21,313 nt of DNA from a virus. Below, piece by piece: positions 7,679 through 20,140 of the stretch. The DNA lies in the UHGV virus genome UHGV-0231970. The stretch is one strand, 5' to 3'. Each line of letters starts with the position of its first letter. Within the stretch, counting starts at the first letter, position 1. A model generated the notes under the pieces. The model worked only from the letters and a program-made list of their open reading frames with translations. It did no database searches and was not told the origin of the DNA. The translations under genes were made by a program, and so were the position numbers.

Positions 7679-10232
7679 ACCGGTAGGCGATCTGGTCGTT
7701 GATTTAAGTCTGGATGCGGCCAGATTTGACGAGCAGATGGCCAGAGTCAGGCGTCATTTTTCCGGTACGGAAACTGATGCGAAAAAAACAGCGGCAGTCG
7801 TTGAACAGTCGCTGAGCCGACAGGCGCTGGCTGCACAGAAAGCGGGGATTTCCGTCGGGCAGTATAAAGCCGCCATGCGTATGCTGCCTGCACAGTTCAC
7901 CGACGTGGCCACGCAGCTTGCAGGCGGGCAAAGCCCGTGGCTGATCCTGCTGCAACAGGGGGGTCAGGTGAAGGACTCCTTCGGCGGGATGATCCCCATG
8001 TTCCGGGGGCTTGCCGGTGCGATCACCCTGCCGATGGTGGGGGCCACCTCGCTGGCGGTGGCGACCGGTGCGCTGGCGTATGCCTGGTATCAGGGCAACT
8101 CAACCCTGTCCGATTTCAACAAAACGCTGGTCCTTTCCGGCAATCAGGCCGGGCTGACGGCAGATCGTATGCTGGTCCTGTCCAGAGCCGGGCAGGCGGC
8201 AGGGCTGACGTTTAACCAGACCAGCGAGTCACTCAGTGCACTGGTTAAGGCGGGGGTAAGTGGTGAGGCTCAGATTGCGTCCATCAGCCAGAGTGTGGCG
8301 CGTTTCTCTTCTGCATCCGGTGTGGAGGTGGACAAGGTCGCTGAAGCCTTCGGGAAGCTGACCACTGACCCGACGTCGGGGCTGACGGCGATGGCGCGCC
8401 AGTTCCATAACGTGACGGCGGAGCAGATTGCGTATGTTGCTCAGTTGCAGCGTTCCGGCGATGAAGCCGGGGCATTGCAGGCGGCGAACGAAGCCGCAAC
8501 GAAAGGGTTTGATGACCAGACCCGCCGCCTGAAAGAGAACATGGGCACGCTGGAGACCTGGGCAGACAGGACAGCGCGGGCATTCAAATCCATGTGGGAT
8601 GCGGTGCTGGATATTGGTCGTCCTGATACCGCGCAGGAGATGCTGATTAAGGCAGAGGCTGCGTTTAAGAAAGCAGACGACATCTGGAATCTGCGCAAGG
8701 ATGATTATTTTGTTAACGATGAAGCGCGGGCGCGTTACTGGGATGATCGTGAAAAGGCCCGTCTTGCGCTTGAAGCCGCCCGAAAGAAGGCTGAGCAGCA
8801 GACTCAACAGGACAAAAATGCGCAGCAGCAGAGCGATACCGAAGCGTCACGGCTGAAATATACCGAAGAGGCGCAGAAGGCTTACGAACGGCTGCAGACG
8901 CCGCTGGAGAAATATACCGCCCGTCAGGAAGAACTGAACAAGGCACTGAAAGACGGGAAAATCCTGCAGGCGGATTACAACACGCTGATGGCGGCGGCGA
9001 AAAAGGATTATGAAGCGACGCTGAAAAAGCCGAAACAGTCCGGCGTGAAGGTGTCTGCGGGCGATCGTCAGGAAGACAGTGCTCATGCTGCCCTGCTGAC
9101 GCTTCAGGCAGAACTCCGGACGCTGGAGAAGCATGCCGGAGCGAATGAGAAAATCAGCCAGCAGCGCCGGGATTTGTGGAAGGCGGAGAGTCAGTTCGCG
9201 GTACTGGAGGAGGCGGCGCAACGTCGCCAGCTGTCTGCACAGGAGAAATCCCTGCTGGCGCATAAAGATGAGACGCTGGAGTACAAACGCCAGCTGGCTG
9301 CACTTGGCGACAAGGTTACGTATCAGGAGCGCCTGAACGCGCTGGCGCAGCAGGCGGATAAATTCGCACAGCAGCAACGGGCAAAACGGGCCGCCATTGA
9401 TGCGAAAAGCCGGGGGCTGACTGACCGGCAGGCAGAACGGGAAGCCACGGAACAGCTCCTGAAGGAACAGTATGGCGATAATCCGCTGGCGCTGAATAAC
9501 GTCATGTCAGAGCAGAAAAAGACCTGGGCGGCTGAAGACCAGCTTCGCGGGAGCTGGATGGCAGGCCTGAAGTCCGGCTGGAGTGAGTGGGAAGAGAGCG
9601 CCACGGACAGTATGTCGCAGGTTAAAAGTGCAGCCACGCAGACCTTTGATGGTATTGCACAGAATATGGCGGCGATGCTGACCGGCAGTGAGCAGAACTG
9701 GCGCAGCTTCACCCGTTCCGTGCTGTCCATGATGACAGAAATTCTGCTTAAGCAGGCAATGGTGGGGATTGTCGGGAGTATCGGCAGCGCCATTGGCGGT
9801 GCTGCCAGTGGTGGAGCATCCGCGTCAGGCGGTACAGCCATTCAGGCCGCTGCGGCGAAATTCCATTTTGCGACCGGGGGATTTACGGGAACCGGCGGCA
9901 AATATGAGCCAGCGGGGATTGTTCACCGTGGTGAATTTGTCTTCACGAAGGAGGCAACCAGCCGGATTGGTGTCGGCAACCTGTACCGCCTGATGCGGGG
10001 CTATGCGGAAGGTGGTTATGTGGGCGGTGCCGGAAGTCCGGCGCAGATGCGGCGGGCTGAAGGCATTAATTTTAATCAGAACAATCACGTGGTGATTCAG
10101 AACGACGGTACGAATGGTCTGCCAGGTCCACAGATGATGAAGGCAGTGTATGACATGGCCCGCAAGGGTGCCCGTGATGAAATTCAGACACAGATGCGTG
10201 ATGGTGGCCTGTTCTCCGGAGGTGGACGATGA
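7671..10232 (+). CDS. H: Tail tape measure protein gpH
   Basis: ORF 7671..10232, 853 aa, MAEPVGDLVVDLSLDAARFDEQMARVRRHF... matches lambda H. GGAGGAG upstream; overlaps the T 3' end by 8 nt. Confidence 0.95.
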   Translation: MAEPVGDLVVDLSLDAARFDEQMARVRRHFSGTETDAKKTAAVVEQSLSRQALAAQKAGISVGQYKAAMRMLPAQFTDVATQLAGGQSPWLILLQQGGQVKDSFGGMIPMFRGLAGAITLPMVGATSLAVATGALAYAWYQGNSTLSDFNKTLVLSGNQAGLTADRMLVLSRAGQAAGLTFNQTSESLSALVKAGVSGEAQIASISQSVARFSSASGVEVDKVAEAFGKLTTDPTSGLTAMARQFHNVTAEQIAYVAQLQRSGDEAGALQAANEAATKGFDDQTRRLKENMGTLETWADRTARAFKSMWDAVLDIGRPDTAQEMLIKAEAAFKKADDIWNLRKDDYFVNDEARARYWDDREKARLALEAARKKAEQQTQQDKNAQQQSDTEASRLKYTEEAQKAYERLQTPLEKYTARQEELNKALKDGKILQADYNTLMAAAKKDYEATLKKPKQSGVKVSAGDRQEDSAHAALLTLQAELRTLEKHAGANEKISQQRRDLWKAESQFAVLEEAAQRRQLSAQEKSLLAHKDETLEYKRQLAALGDKVTYQERLNALAQQADKFAQQQRAKRAAIDAKSRGLTDRQAEREATEQLLKEQYGDNPLALNNVMSEQKKTWAAEDQLRGSWMAGLKSGWSEWEESATDSMSQVKSAATQTFDGIAQNMAAMLTGSEQNWRSFTRSVLSMMTEILLKQAMVGIVGSIGSAIGGAASGGASASGGTAIQAAAAKFHFATGGFTGTGGKYEPAGIVHRGEFVFTKEATSRIGVGNLYRLMRGYAEGGYVGGAGSPAQMRRAEGINFNQNNHVVIQNDGTNGLPGPQMMKAVYDMARKGARDEIQTQMRDGGLFSGGGR

Positions 10233-10558
10233 AAACCTTCCGCTGGAAAGTGAAACCCGGTATGGATGTGGCTTCGGCCCCTTCTGTAAGAAAGGTGCGC
10301 TTTGGTGATGGCTATTCCCAGCGAGCGCCTGCCGGGCTGAATGCCAACCTGAAAACGTACAGCGTGACGCTTTCTGTCCCCCGTGAGGAGGCCACGGTAC
10401 TGGAGTCGTTTCTGGAAGAGCACGGGGGCTGGAAAGCCTTTCTGTGGACGCCGCCTTATGAGTGGCGGCAGATAAAGGTGACCTGCGCAAAATGGTCGTC
10501 GCGGGTCAGTATGCTGCGTGTTGAGTTCAGCGCAGAGTTTGAACAGGTGGTGAACTGA
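10229..10558 (+). CDS. M: Minor tail protein gpM
   Basis: ORF 10229..10558, 109 aa, MKTFRWKVKPGMDVASAPSVRKVRFGDGYSQRAPAG... matches lambda M. ATGA overlap with the H stop. Confidence 0.9.
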   Translation: MKTFRWKVKPGMDVASAPSVRKVRFGDGYSQRAPAGLNANLKTYSVTLSVPREEATVLESFLEEHGGWKAFLWTPPYEWRQIKVTCAKWSSRVSMLRVEFSAEFEQVVN

Positions 10559-11256
10559 TGCAGGATATCCGGCAGGAAACACTGAATGAATGCACCCGTG
10601 CGGAGCAGTCGGCCAGCGTGGTGCTCTGGGAAATCGACCTGACAGAGGTCGGTGGAGAACGTTATTTTTTCTGTAATGAGCTGAACGAAAAAGGTGAGCC
10701 GGTCACCTGGCAGGGGCGACAGTATCAGCCGTATCCCATTCAGGGGAGTGGTTTTGAACTGAATGGCAAAGGCACCAGTACGCGCCCCACGCTGACGGTT
10801 TCTAACCTGTACGGTATGGTCACCGGGATGGCGGAAGATCTGCAGAGTCTGGTCGGCGGAACGGTGGTCCGGCGTAAGGTTTACGCCCGTTTTCTGGATG
10901 CGGTGAACTTCGTTAACGGAAACAGTGACGCCGATCCGGAGCAGGAGGTGATCAGCCGCTGGCGCATCGAGCAGTGCAGCGAACTGAGCGCGGTGAGTGC
11001 CTCCTTTGTACTGTCCACGCCGACGGAAACAGATGGCGCTGTTTTTCCGGGACGTATCATGCTGGCCAACACCTGCACCTGGACCTATCGCGGCGATGAG
11101 TGCGGTTATCACGGTCCGGCGGTCGCGGATGAATATGACCAGACAACGTCCGATATCACGAAGGATAAATGCAGCAAATGCCTGAGTGGCTGTAAGTTTC
11201 GCAATAACGTCGGCAACTTTGGCGGCTTCCTTTCCATTAACAAACTTTCGCAGTAA
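10558..11256 (+). CDS. L: Minor tail (tail tip) protein gpL
   Basis: ORF 10558..11256, 232 aa, MQDIRQETLNECTRAEQSASVVLWEIDLTEVGGERYFFCNE... matches lambda L. Start ATG overlaps the M stop (TGATG). Cys cluster near the C-terminus (C..C...C..C). Confidence 0.9.
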   Translation: MQDIRQETLNECTRAEQSASVVLWEIDLTEVGGERYFFCNELNEKGEPVTWQGRQYQPYPIQGSGFELNGKGTSTRPTLTVSNLYGMVTGMAEDLQSLVGGTVVRRKVYARFLDAVNFVNGNSDADPEQEVISRWRIEQCSELSAVSASFVLSTPTETDGAVFPGRIMLANTCTWTYRGDECGYHGPAVADEYDQTTSDITKDKCSKCLSGCKFRNNVGNFGGFLSINKLSQ

Positions 11257-11261
11257 ATCCC

Positions 11262-12005
11262 ATGACACAGACAGAATCAGCGATTCTGGCGCACGCCCAG
11301 CGATGTGCGCCAGCGGAGTCGTGCGGCTTCGTGGTGAGAACGCCGGAGGGGGAAAGATATTTTCCCTGCGTGAATATTTCCGGTGAGCCGGAGGATTATT
11401 TCCGGATGGCTCCGGAGGACTGGCTGCAGGCAGAAATGCAGGGTGAGATTGTGGCGCTGGTCCACAGCCACCCCGGTGGTCTGCCCTGGCTGAGTGAGGC
11501 TGACCGGCGGCTGCAGGTGCAGAGTGATTTGCCGTGGTTGCTGGTCTGCCGGGGGGCGATTCATAAGTTCCGCTGTGTGCCGCATCTCACCGGGCGGCGC
11601 TTTGAGCACGGGGTGACGGACTGTTACACGCTGTTCCGGGATGCTTATCATCTGGCGGGGATTGAGATGCCGAATTTTCATCGCGGGGATGACTGGTGGC
11701 GTCACGGCCAGAATCTCTATCTGGATAATCTGGAGGCCACAGGGCTGTATCAGGTGCCGTTGTCATCAGCACAACCGGGCGATGTGCTGCTGTGCTGTTT
11801 TGGTTCATCGGTGCCGAATCATGCCGCCATTTACTGCGGCGACGGTGAGCTGTTGCACCATATTCCTGAACAACTGAGCAAACGAGAGAGGTATACCGAC
11901 AAATGGCAGCGACGCACACACTCCCTCTGGCGTCACCGGGCATGGCACGCATCTGCCTTTACGGGGATTTACAACGATTTGGCCGCCGCATCGACCTTCG
12001 TGTGA
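11262..12005 (+). CDS. K: Tail tip assembly protein gpK (MPN/JAMM-like plus NlpC/P60-like peptidase domains)
   Basis: ORF 11262..12005 (247 aa) begins 6 nt after the L stop. Lambda K homology throughout; HSHPGG (JAMM-like HxH) and a Cys-His pair (GVTDCYTLF ... NHAAIY). An internal ATG at 11406 would give the 199-aa form; the 3' end overlaps I by 103 nt. Confidence 0.8.
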   Translation: MTQTESAILAHAQRCAPAESCGFVVRTPEGERYFPCVNISGEPEDYFRMAPEDWLQAEMQGEIVALVHSHPGGLPWLSEADRRLQVQSDLPWLLVCRGAIHKFRCVPHLTGRRFEHGVTDCYTLFRDAYHLAGIEMPNFHRGDDWWRHGQNLYLDNLEATGLYQVPLSSAQPGDVLLCCFGSSVPNHAAIYCGDGELLHHIPEQLSKRERYTDKWQRRTHSLWRHRAWHASAFTGIYNDLAAASTFV

Positions 12006-12574
12006 AAACGGGGGCTGAAGCCATCCGGGCACTGGCCACACAGCTCCCGGCGTTTCGTCAGAAACTGAGCGACGGCTGGTATCAGGTACGGATTGCCGGG
12101 CGGGACGTCAGCACGTCCGGGTTAACGGCGCAGTTACATGAGACTCTGCCTGATGGCGCTGTGATTCATATTGTTCCCAGAGTCGCCGGGGCCAAGTCAG
12201 GTGGCGTATTCCAGATTGTCCTGGGGGCTGCCGCCATTGCCGGATCATTCTTTACCGCCGGAGCCACCCTTGCAGCATGGGGGGCAGCCATTGGGGCCGG
12301 TGGTATGACCGGCATCCTGTTTTCTCTCGGTGCCAGTATGGTACTTGGTGGTGTGGCGCAGATGCTGGCACCGAAAGCCAGGACGCCCACGGCAGCAAGT
12401 ACAGATAACGGCAAACAGAACACCTATTTCTCCTCACTGGATAACATGGTTGCCCAGGGCAATGTTCTGCCCGTTCTGTACGGTGAAATGCGCGTGGGGT
12501 CGCGGGTGGTCTCTCAGGAGATCAGCACGGCAGACGAAGGGGATGGTGGTCAGGTTGTGGTGATTGGTCGCTGA
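11903..12574 (+). CDS. I: Tail tip assembly protein gpI
   Basis: ORF 11903..12574, 223 aa, MAATHTLPLASPGMARICLYGDLQRFGRRIDLRVKTGAEAIRAL... matches lambda I. Gly/Ala-rich hydrophobic C-terminal half. Confidence 0.9.
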   Translation: MAATHTLPLASPGMARICLYGDLQRFGRRIDLRVKTGAEAIRALATQLPAFRQKLSDGWYQVRIAGRDVSTSGLTAQLHETLPDGAVIHIVPRVAGAKSGGVFQIVLGAAAIAGSFFTAGATLAAWGAAIGAGGMTGILFSLGASMVLGGVAQMLAPKARTPTAASTDNGKQNTYFSSLDNMVAQGNVLPVLYGEMRVGSRVVSQEISTADEGDGGQVVVIGR

Positions 12575-12591
12575 TGAAAAACGTTTATGTG

Positions 12592-12612
12592 AAACCGCCT
12601 GCGGGCGGTTTT
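12592..12612 (+). terminator. Hairpin between I and J (AAACCGCC-TGCG-GGCGGTTT followed by T)
   Basis: Read directly; 8-bp GC-rich stem, 4-nt loop, short T-run (TTTTGTCGTTT). J RBS GAGGA and ATG 12634 follow. Confidence 0.4.
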
Positions 12613-12630
12613 GTCGTTTATGGAGCGTGA

Positions 12631-16032
<3,402 letters not shown>

Positions 16033-16050
16033 ATTTTATAACTCAGAACG

Positions 16051-16074
16051 GGCGTCAGAAATGACGCCTTTTTT
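16051..16074 (+). terminator. Rho-independent terminator after J (GGCGTCA-GAAA-TGACGCC + TTTTTT)
   Basis: Read directly: perfect 7-bp stem, GAAA loop, six T immediately 3'; 19 nt after the J stop. Confidence 0.7.
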
Positions 16075-16098
16075 ATTGCAGAAAAGCGAGAGGTAATT

Positions 16099-16698
16099 AT
16101 GCGTAAACTTTATGCCGCCATTTTGTCCGCAGCCATTTGTCTGGCCGTATCAGGTGCGCCTGCATGGGCGTCTGAACATCAGTCCACGCTGAGCGCGGGG
16201 TATCTTCATGCCTCGACGAACGTTCCCGGCAGCGATGATCTGAACGGGATTAACGTGAAATACCGTTATGAGTTTACGGACACACTGGGGATGGTGACGT
16301 CATTCAGCTATGCAGGAGACAAGAATCGCCAGCTGACTCATTACAGCGATACCCGCTGGCATGAAGATTCCGTTCGTAACCGCTGGTTCAGCGTAATGGC
16401 GGGGCCGTCTGTGCGCGTGAATGAATGGTTCAGCGCGTATGCGATGGCGGGTGTGGCTTACAGCCGTGTGTCGACTTTCTCCGGGGATTATCTCCGCGTA
16501 ACTGACAACAAGGGGAAAACGCACGATGTGCTGACCGGAAGTGATGACGGTCGCCACAGCAACACGTCTCTGGCGTGGGGAGCTGGCGTGCAGTTTAACC
16601 CGACCGAATCCGTGGCCATTGATGTCGCTTATGAAGGCTCCGGCAGTGGTGACTGGCGCACTGACGGGTTCATCGTGGGTGTTGGTTATAAATTCTGA
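16099..16698 (+). CDS. lom: Lom-family outer membrane protein (Ail/Lom/PagC beta-barrel family; lysogenic-conversion moron)
   Basis: ORF 16099..16698, 199 aa. Signal-peptide-like N-terminus (MRKLYAAILSAAICLAVSGAPAWA). The C-terminal half (...MAGPSVRVNEWFSAYAMAGVAYSRV... AYEGSGSGDWRTDGFIVGVGYKF) matches lambda Lom including the terminal aromatic residue. RBS AGAGG upstream. Confidence 0.85.
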   Translation: MRKLYAAILSAAICLAVSGAPAWASEHQSTLSAGYLHASTNVPGSDDLNGINVKYRYEFTDTLGMVTSFSYAGDKNRQLTHYSDTRWHEDSVRNRWFSVMAGPSVRVNEWFSAYAMAGVAYSRVSTFSGDYLRVTDNKGKTHDVLTGSDDGRHSNTSLAWGAGVQFNPTESVAIDVAYEGSGSGDWRTDGFIVGVGYKF

Positions 16699-16724
16699 TT
16701 AGCCAGGTAACACAGTGTTATGAC

Positions 16725-16751
16725 AGCCCGCCGGTTCAGGCGGGCTTTTTT
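16725..16751 (+). terminator. Rho-independent terminator after lom (AGCCCGCC-GGTTCA-GGCGGGCT + TTTTTT)
   Basis: Read directly: 8-bp GC stem, 6-nt loop, T-run 16746-16750. Confidence 0.7.
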
Positions 16752-16762
16752 GTGGGGTGAAT

Positions 16763-19700
16763 ATGGCAGTAAAAATTTCAGGTGTACTGAAAGACGGCAC
16801 AGGAAAACCGGTACAGAACTGCACAATCCAGCTGAAAGCAAAACGTAACAGTACCACGGTGGTGGTGAACACGCTGGCATCTGAAAATCTGGATGAAGCC
16901 GGGCGTTACAGTATGGACGTTGAGTACGGTCAGTACAGCGTTATTCTGTTGGTGGAAGGATTCCCGCCGTCACATGCCGGGACCATCACAGTGTATGAAG
17001 ATTCCCGACCCGGTACGCTGAATGATTTTCTCGGTGCCATGACGGAGGATGATGCCCGTCCGGAGGCACTGCGCCGTTTTGAGCTGATGGTGGAAGAGGT
17101 GGCGCGTAACGCGTCCGTGGTGGCACAGAACACGGCAGCCGCGAAGAAGTCAGCCAGTGATGCCAGCACATCAGCCCGTGAGGCGGCAACCCATGCGACT
17201 GATGCTGCAGGCTCAGCACGCGCAGCCAGCACGTCAGCCGGACAGGCCGCGTCGTCGGCTCAGTCAGCGTCTTCCAGCGCAGGAACGGCATCAACAAAGG
17301 CCACTGAAGCCTCAAAAAGTGCTGCCGCTGCAGAGTCCTCAAAAAGCGCGGCGGCTACCAGTGCCGGTGCGGCGAAAACGTCAGAAACGAATGCGGCAGC
17401 GTCAGAACAATCAGCCGCCACTTCTGCATCCACCGCGACCACGAAAGCGTCAGAAGCTGCCACCTCAGCCAGGGATGCGTCGGCTTCAAAAGAGGCGGCA
17501 AAATCATCAGAAACGAACGCATCATCAAGCGCCAGTAGTGCAGCTTCCTCGGCAACGGCGGCAGGAAATTCCGCGAAGGCGGCAAAGACGTCTGAGACAA
17601 ACGCCAGGTCCTCTGAAACGGCAGCAGCACAGAGTGCCTCCGCAGCAGCAGGCTCAAAAACAGCGGCTGTGTCGTCGGCCAGTGCCGCGTCAACAAGTGC
17701 CGGGCAGGCCTCAGCCAGTGCCACCGCCGCCGGAAAATCGGCAGAAAGCGCCGCATCATCCGCTTCAACAGCCACAACGAAGGCTGGCGAAGCCACTGAA
17801 CAGGCCACTGCAGCAGCGAGGGCTGCTTCCGCAGCGAAGACATCCGAAACGAACGCGAAAGCGTCGGAAACCAGCGCAGAATCCTCAAAAACGGCTGCCG
17901 CATCGTCCGCCAGTTCGGCGGCGTCATCGGCATCATCGGCGTCTGCTTCAAAAGATGAGGCGACCAGACAGGCGTCAGCAGCGAGGGGCAGCGCCACGAC
18001 GGCATCCACGAAGGCGACAGAGGCTGCTGGCAGTGCGGCAGCGGCAGCACAGAGCAAAAGTACGGCAGAATCCGCAGCAACTCGCGCTGAGACAGCGGCA
18101 AAACGGGCAGAGGATATTGCATCCGCCGTGGCGCTTGAGGATGCGAGCACGACGAAAAAGGGGATAGTACAGCTCAGCAGTGCGACTAACAGCACGTCTG
18201 AAACGCTGGCGGCAACGCCAAAGGCAGTAAAAGCAGCCTATGACAATGCAGAGAAACGTCTGCAGAAAGACCAGAACGGTGCTGATATTCCCGACAAGGA
18301 CCGCTTCCTGAGTAACATTAATGTTTACAGCAAAGGTGAAGTGGATCAGAAAAAGGGGATGCGATACGTTGTGGTAAATGCCCCGGCGGGTGTCCAGGAA
18401 GGTAAATATTATCCGTTAGTGATAAAAAGGAATGACAGCCATCGGGCATCCCGCGTTGTCATTTCAACGCCAAGTCGCTTAGCTAATCACAGAATGAATA
18501 ATTGTGAGTTTAATGGTTTTGTTTGCGCAGGCGGCTGGACGGACCGGGGTAGCTATGCCTGTGGTATGTTCTGGGCTTATTCATCATCGGAACGCGCTAT
18601 TCATTCCATTCTGATGAGTAATAAAGGCGATACCGTAGACAGCGTATTCTATATAGAAGGTGGGGCATTTCCCGTAGAGGTCTTTTTAGAAGAAGGTCTC
18701 TCCGTTACTGCACCTGCTTCTGATTATATTGTTGCTGAAACGACTTATAAATTTGGCGCAACTGATCCTTATTCTGAATCAGTTGCGGTAAATTTAATTT
18801 TAGATTTTAAACAAGGTAATGGATTTTATAGTTCGTATCCTGTTTTGAGTAAGTCAGACATTAGCGGGAATAAGATTTACGCTAATGATGAAGTTATTGT
18901 CCGTAGTCAGAACGCGTTAAGGATGATTGCAGGTGATTACGGTGTCATATGGCGAAATGATGGAGCAAATACTTACTTGCTCATGACTGATAAAGGCGAC
19001 CAGTACGGTGGCTGGAACGGTCTTCGACCATTTGCAGTAAATAACGCAACAGGTGAAGTGACGATCAATACACCACTTAATTCTCCTAAGGGGATTAAGG
19101 GAAATTCTTATACAGCTACGAAACTTCAGACAGCAATAAAAATATCTGGTGTTTCGTTTGATGGTTCTACTGATATCACTTTAACCGCTGCGCATGTTGC
19201 TGCTTTTGCCAGAAGAGCAACGGATACGTATGCCGATGCGGATGGGGGCGTTCCCTGGAATGCCGAATCAGGCGCTTACAATGTCACTCGCTCTGGCGAC
19301 AGCTATATTCTGGTTAACTTCTATACCGGAGTCGGAAGTTGCCGGACCTTGCAGATGAAGGCGCATTACAGAAATGGTGGTCTGTTCTACCGTTCTTCAA
19401 GAGATGGCTATGGTTTTGAGGAAGACTGGGCAGAAGTTTATACCTCGAAAAATCTTCCACCAGAAAGCTACCCAGTCGGTGCACCAATCCCGTGGCCATC
19501 AGATACCGTTCCGTCTGGCTATGCCCTGATGCAGGGGCAGACTTTTGACAAATCTGCTTACCCGAAACTTGCAGCCGCTTATCCGTCAGGCGTGATCCCT
19601 GATATGCGTGGCTGGACGATTAAGGGCAAGCCCACCAGTGATCGAGCCGTATTGTCTCAGGAACAGGACGGCATTAAATCACACACCCACAGCGCCAGCG

Positions 19701-20140
19701 TATCCAGTACGGATTTGGGGACGAAAACCACATCGTCGTTTGATTACGGCACTAAATCCACGAATAACACTGGTGCGCATACCCATAGTGTTAGCGGTAC
19801 GGCTGCTTCAGCCGGTGCACATACCCATTCGATGACATTTGTTTCAGGTGGTTCCAGTGGTGCTCCGGGAAGTGGATCACCTGATTATTCTAAATACAGT
19901 GTTAACACTTCTTCTGCAGGCGCTCATACGCACTCTGTATCGGGTACTGCTGCAAGCGCAGGTGCACACGCACATACTGTCGGTATTGGTGCTCATACGC
20001 ACTCCGTTGCGATTGGTTCACATGGACATACGTCTTCAACGAGATGCCACGATGCCTCATCACTGTTGAAAACAGCCACGAAGCCTGCCGGAATATCTGG
20101 CGGTGCAATATCGATACTGTTTGCTGGCAGACCTGTATGA
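16763..20140 (+). CDS. stf: Side tail fibre protein Stf (long mosaic form, with a non-canonical C-terminal 35 residues)
   Basis: ORF 16757..20140 (the GTG at 16757 gives the ORF-track M; homology-consistent ATG at 16763, [26 protein letters not shown]...). Lambda Stf-like N-terminus, Ala/Ser/Thr-rich repeats, AT-rich central segment, seven His-x-His boxes, then an ending not found in lambda Stf. Confidence 0.85.
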   Translation: MAVKISGVLKDGTGKPVQNCTIQLKAKRNSTTVVVNTLASENLDEAGRYSMDVEYGQYSVILLVEGFPPSHAGTITVYEDSRPGTLNDFLGAMTEDDARPEALRRFELMVEEVARNASVVAQNTAAAKKSASDASTSAREAATHATDAAGSARAASTSAGQAASSAQSASSSAGTASTKATEASKSAAAAESSKSAAATSAGAAKTSETNAAASEQSAATSASTATTKASEAATSARDASASKEAAKSSETNASSSASSAASSATAAGNSAKAAKTSETNARSSETAAAQSASAAAGSKTAAVSSASAASTSAGQASASATAAGKSAESAASSASTATTKAGEATEQATAAARAASAAKTSETNAKASETSAESSKTAAASSASSAASSASSASASKDEATRQASAARGSATTASTKATEAAGSAAAAAQSKSTAESAATRAETAAKRAEDIASAVALEDASTTKKGIVQLSSATNSTSETLAATPKAVKAAYDNAEKRLQKDQNGADIPDKDRFLSNINVYSKGEVDQKKGMRYVVVNAPAGVQEGKYYPLVIKRNDSHRASRVVISTPSRLANHRMNNCEFNGFVCAGGWTDRGSYACGMFWAYSSSERAIHSILMSNKGDTVDSVFYIEGGAFPVEVFLEEGLSVTAPASDYIVAETTYKFGATDPYSESVAVNLILDFKQGNGFYSSYPVLSKSDISGNKIYANDEVIVRSQNALRMIAGDYGVIWRNDGANTYLLMTDKGDQYGGWNGLRPFAVNNATGEVTINTPLNSPKGIKGNSYTATKLQTAIKISGVSFDGSTDITLTAAHVAAFARRATDTYADADGGVPWNAESGAYNVTRSGDSYILVNFYTGVGSCRTLQMKAHYRNGGLFYRSSRDGYGFEEDWAEVYTSKNLPPESYPVGAPIPWPSDTVPSGYALMQGQTFDKSAYPKLAAAYPSGVIPDMRGWTIKGKPTSDRAVLSQEQDGIKSHTHSASVSSTDLGTKTTSSFDYGTKSTNNTGAHTHSVSGTAASAGAHTHSMTFVSGGSSGAPGSGSPDYSKYSVNTSSAGAHTHSVSGTAASAGAHAHTVGIGAHTHSVAIGSHGHTSSTRCHDASSLLKTATKPAGISGGAISILFAGRPV
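19954..20031 (+). repeat. Left copy of a perfect 78-bp inverted repeat (inside the stf coding sequence, His-box region)
   Basis: Direct comparison: 19954-20031 is the exact reverse complement of 20320-20397; identity stops at both outer ends (19953 and 20398 do not pair). Confidence 0.9.

Noticed and set aside
8847-9377. 176-aa - strand ORF inside H, plus other short internal or antisense ORFs throughout B-J
   Set aside because: They are embedded in genes with strong full-length lambda homology and have no independent support.
17157-18195. Long ORFs in alternative frames over the stf repeat region (17157..18167 +, 17260..18195 -, 17355..18122 -)
   Set aside because: Products are low-complexity (Arg/Pro/Gln-rich or Ala/Asp-rich) and coincide exactly with the Ala/Ser/Thr repeat block of stf; they are artefacts of repetitive GC-rich codons.
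17100-20030. Possible CRISPR array or diversity-generating retroelement suggested by the repeated units in stf
   Set aside because: The repeats are imperfect, in-frame coding repeats without spacer-repeat periodicity. No reverse transcriptase, cas gene or template/variable repeat pair in direct orientation is present.
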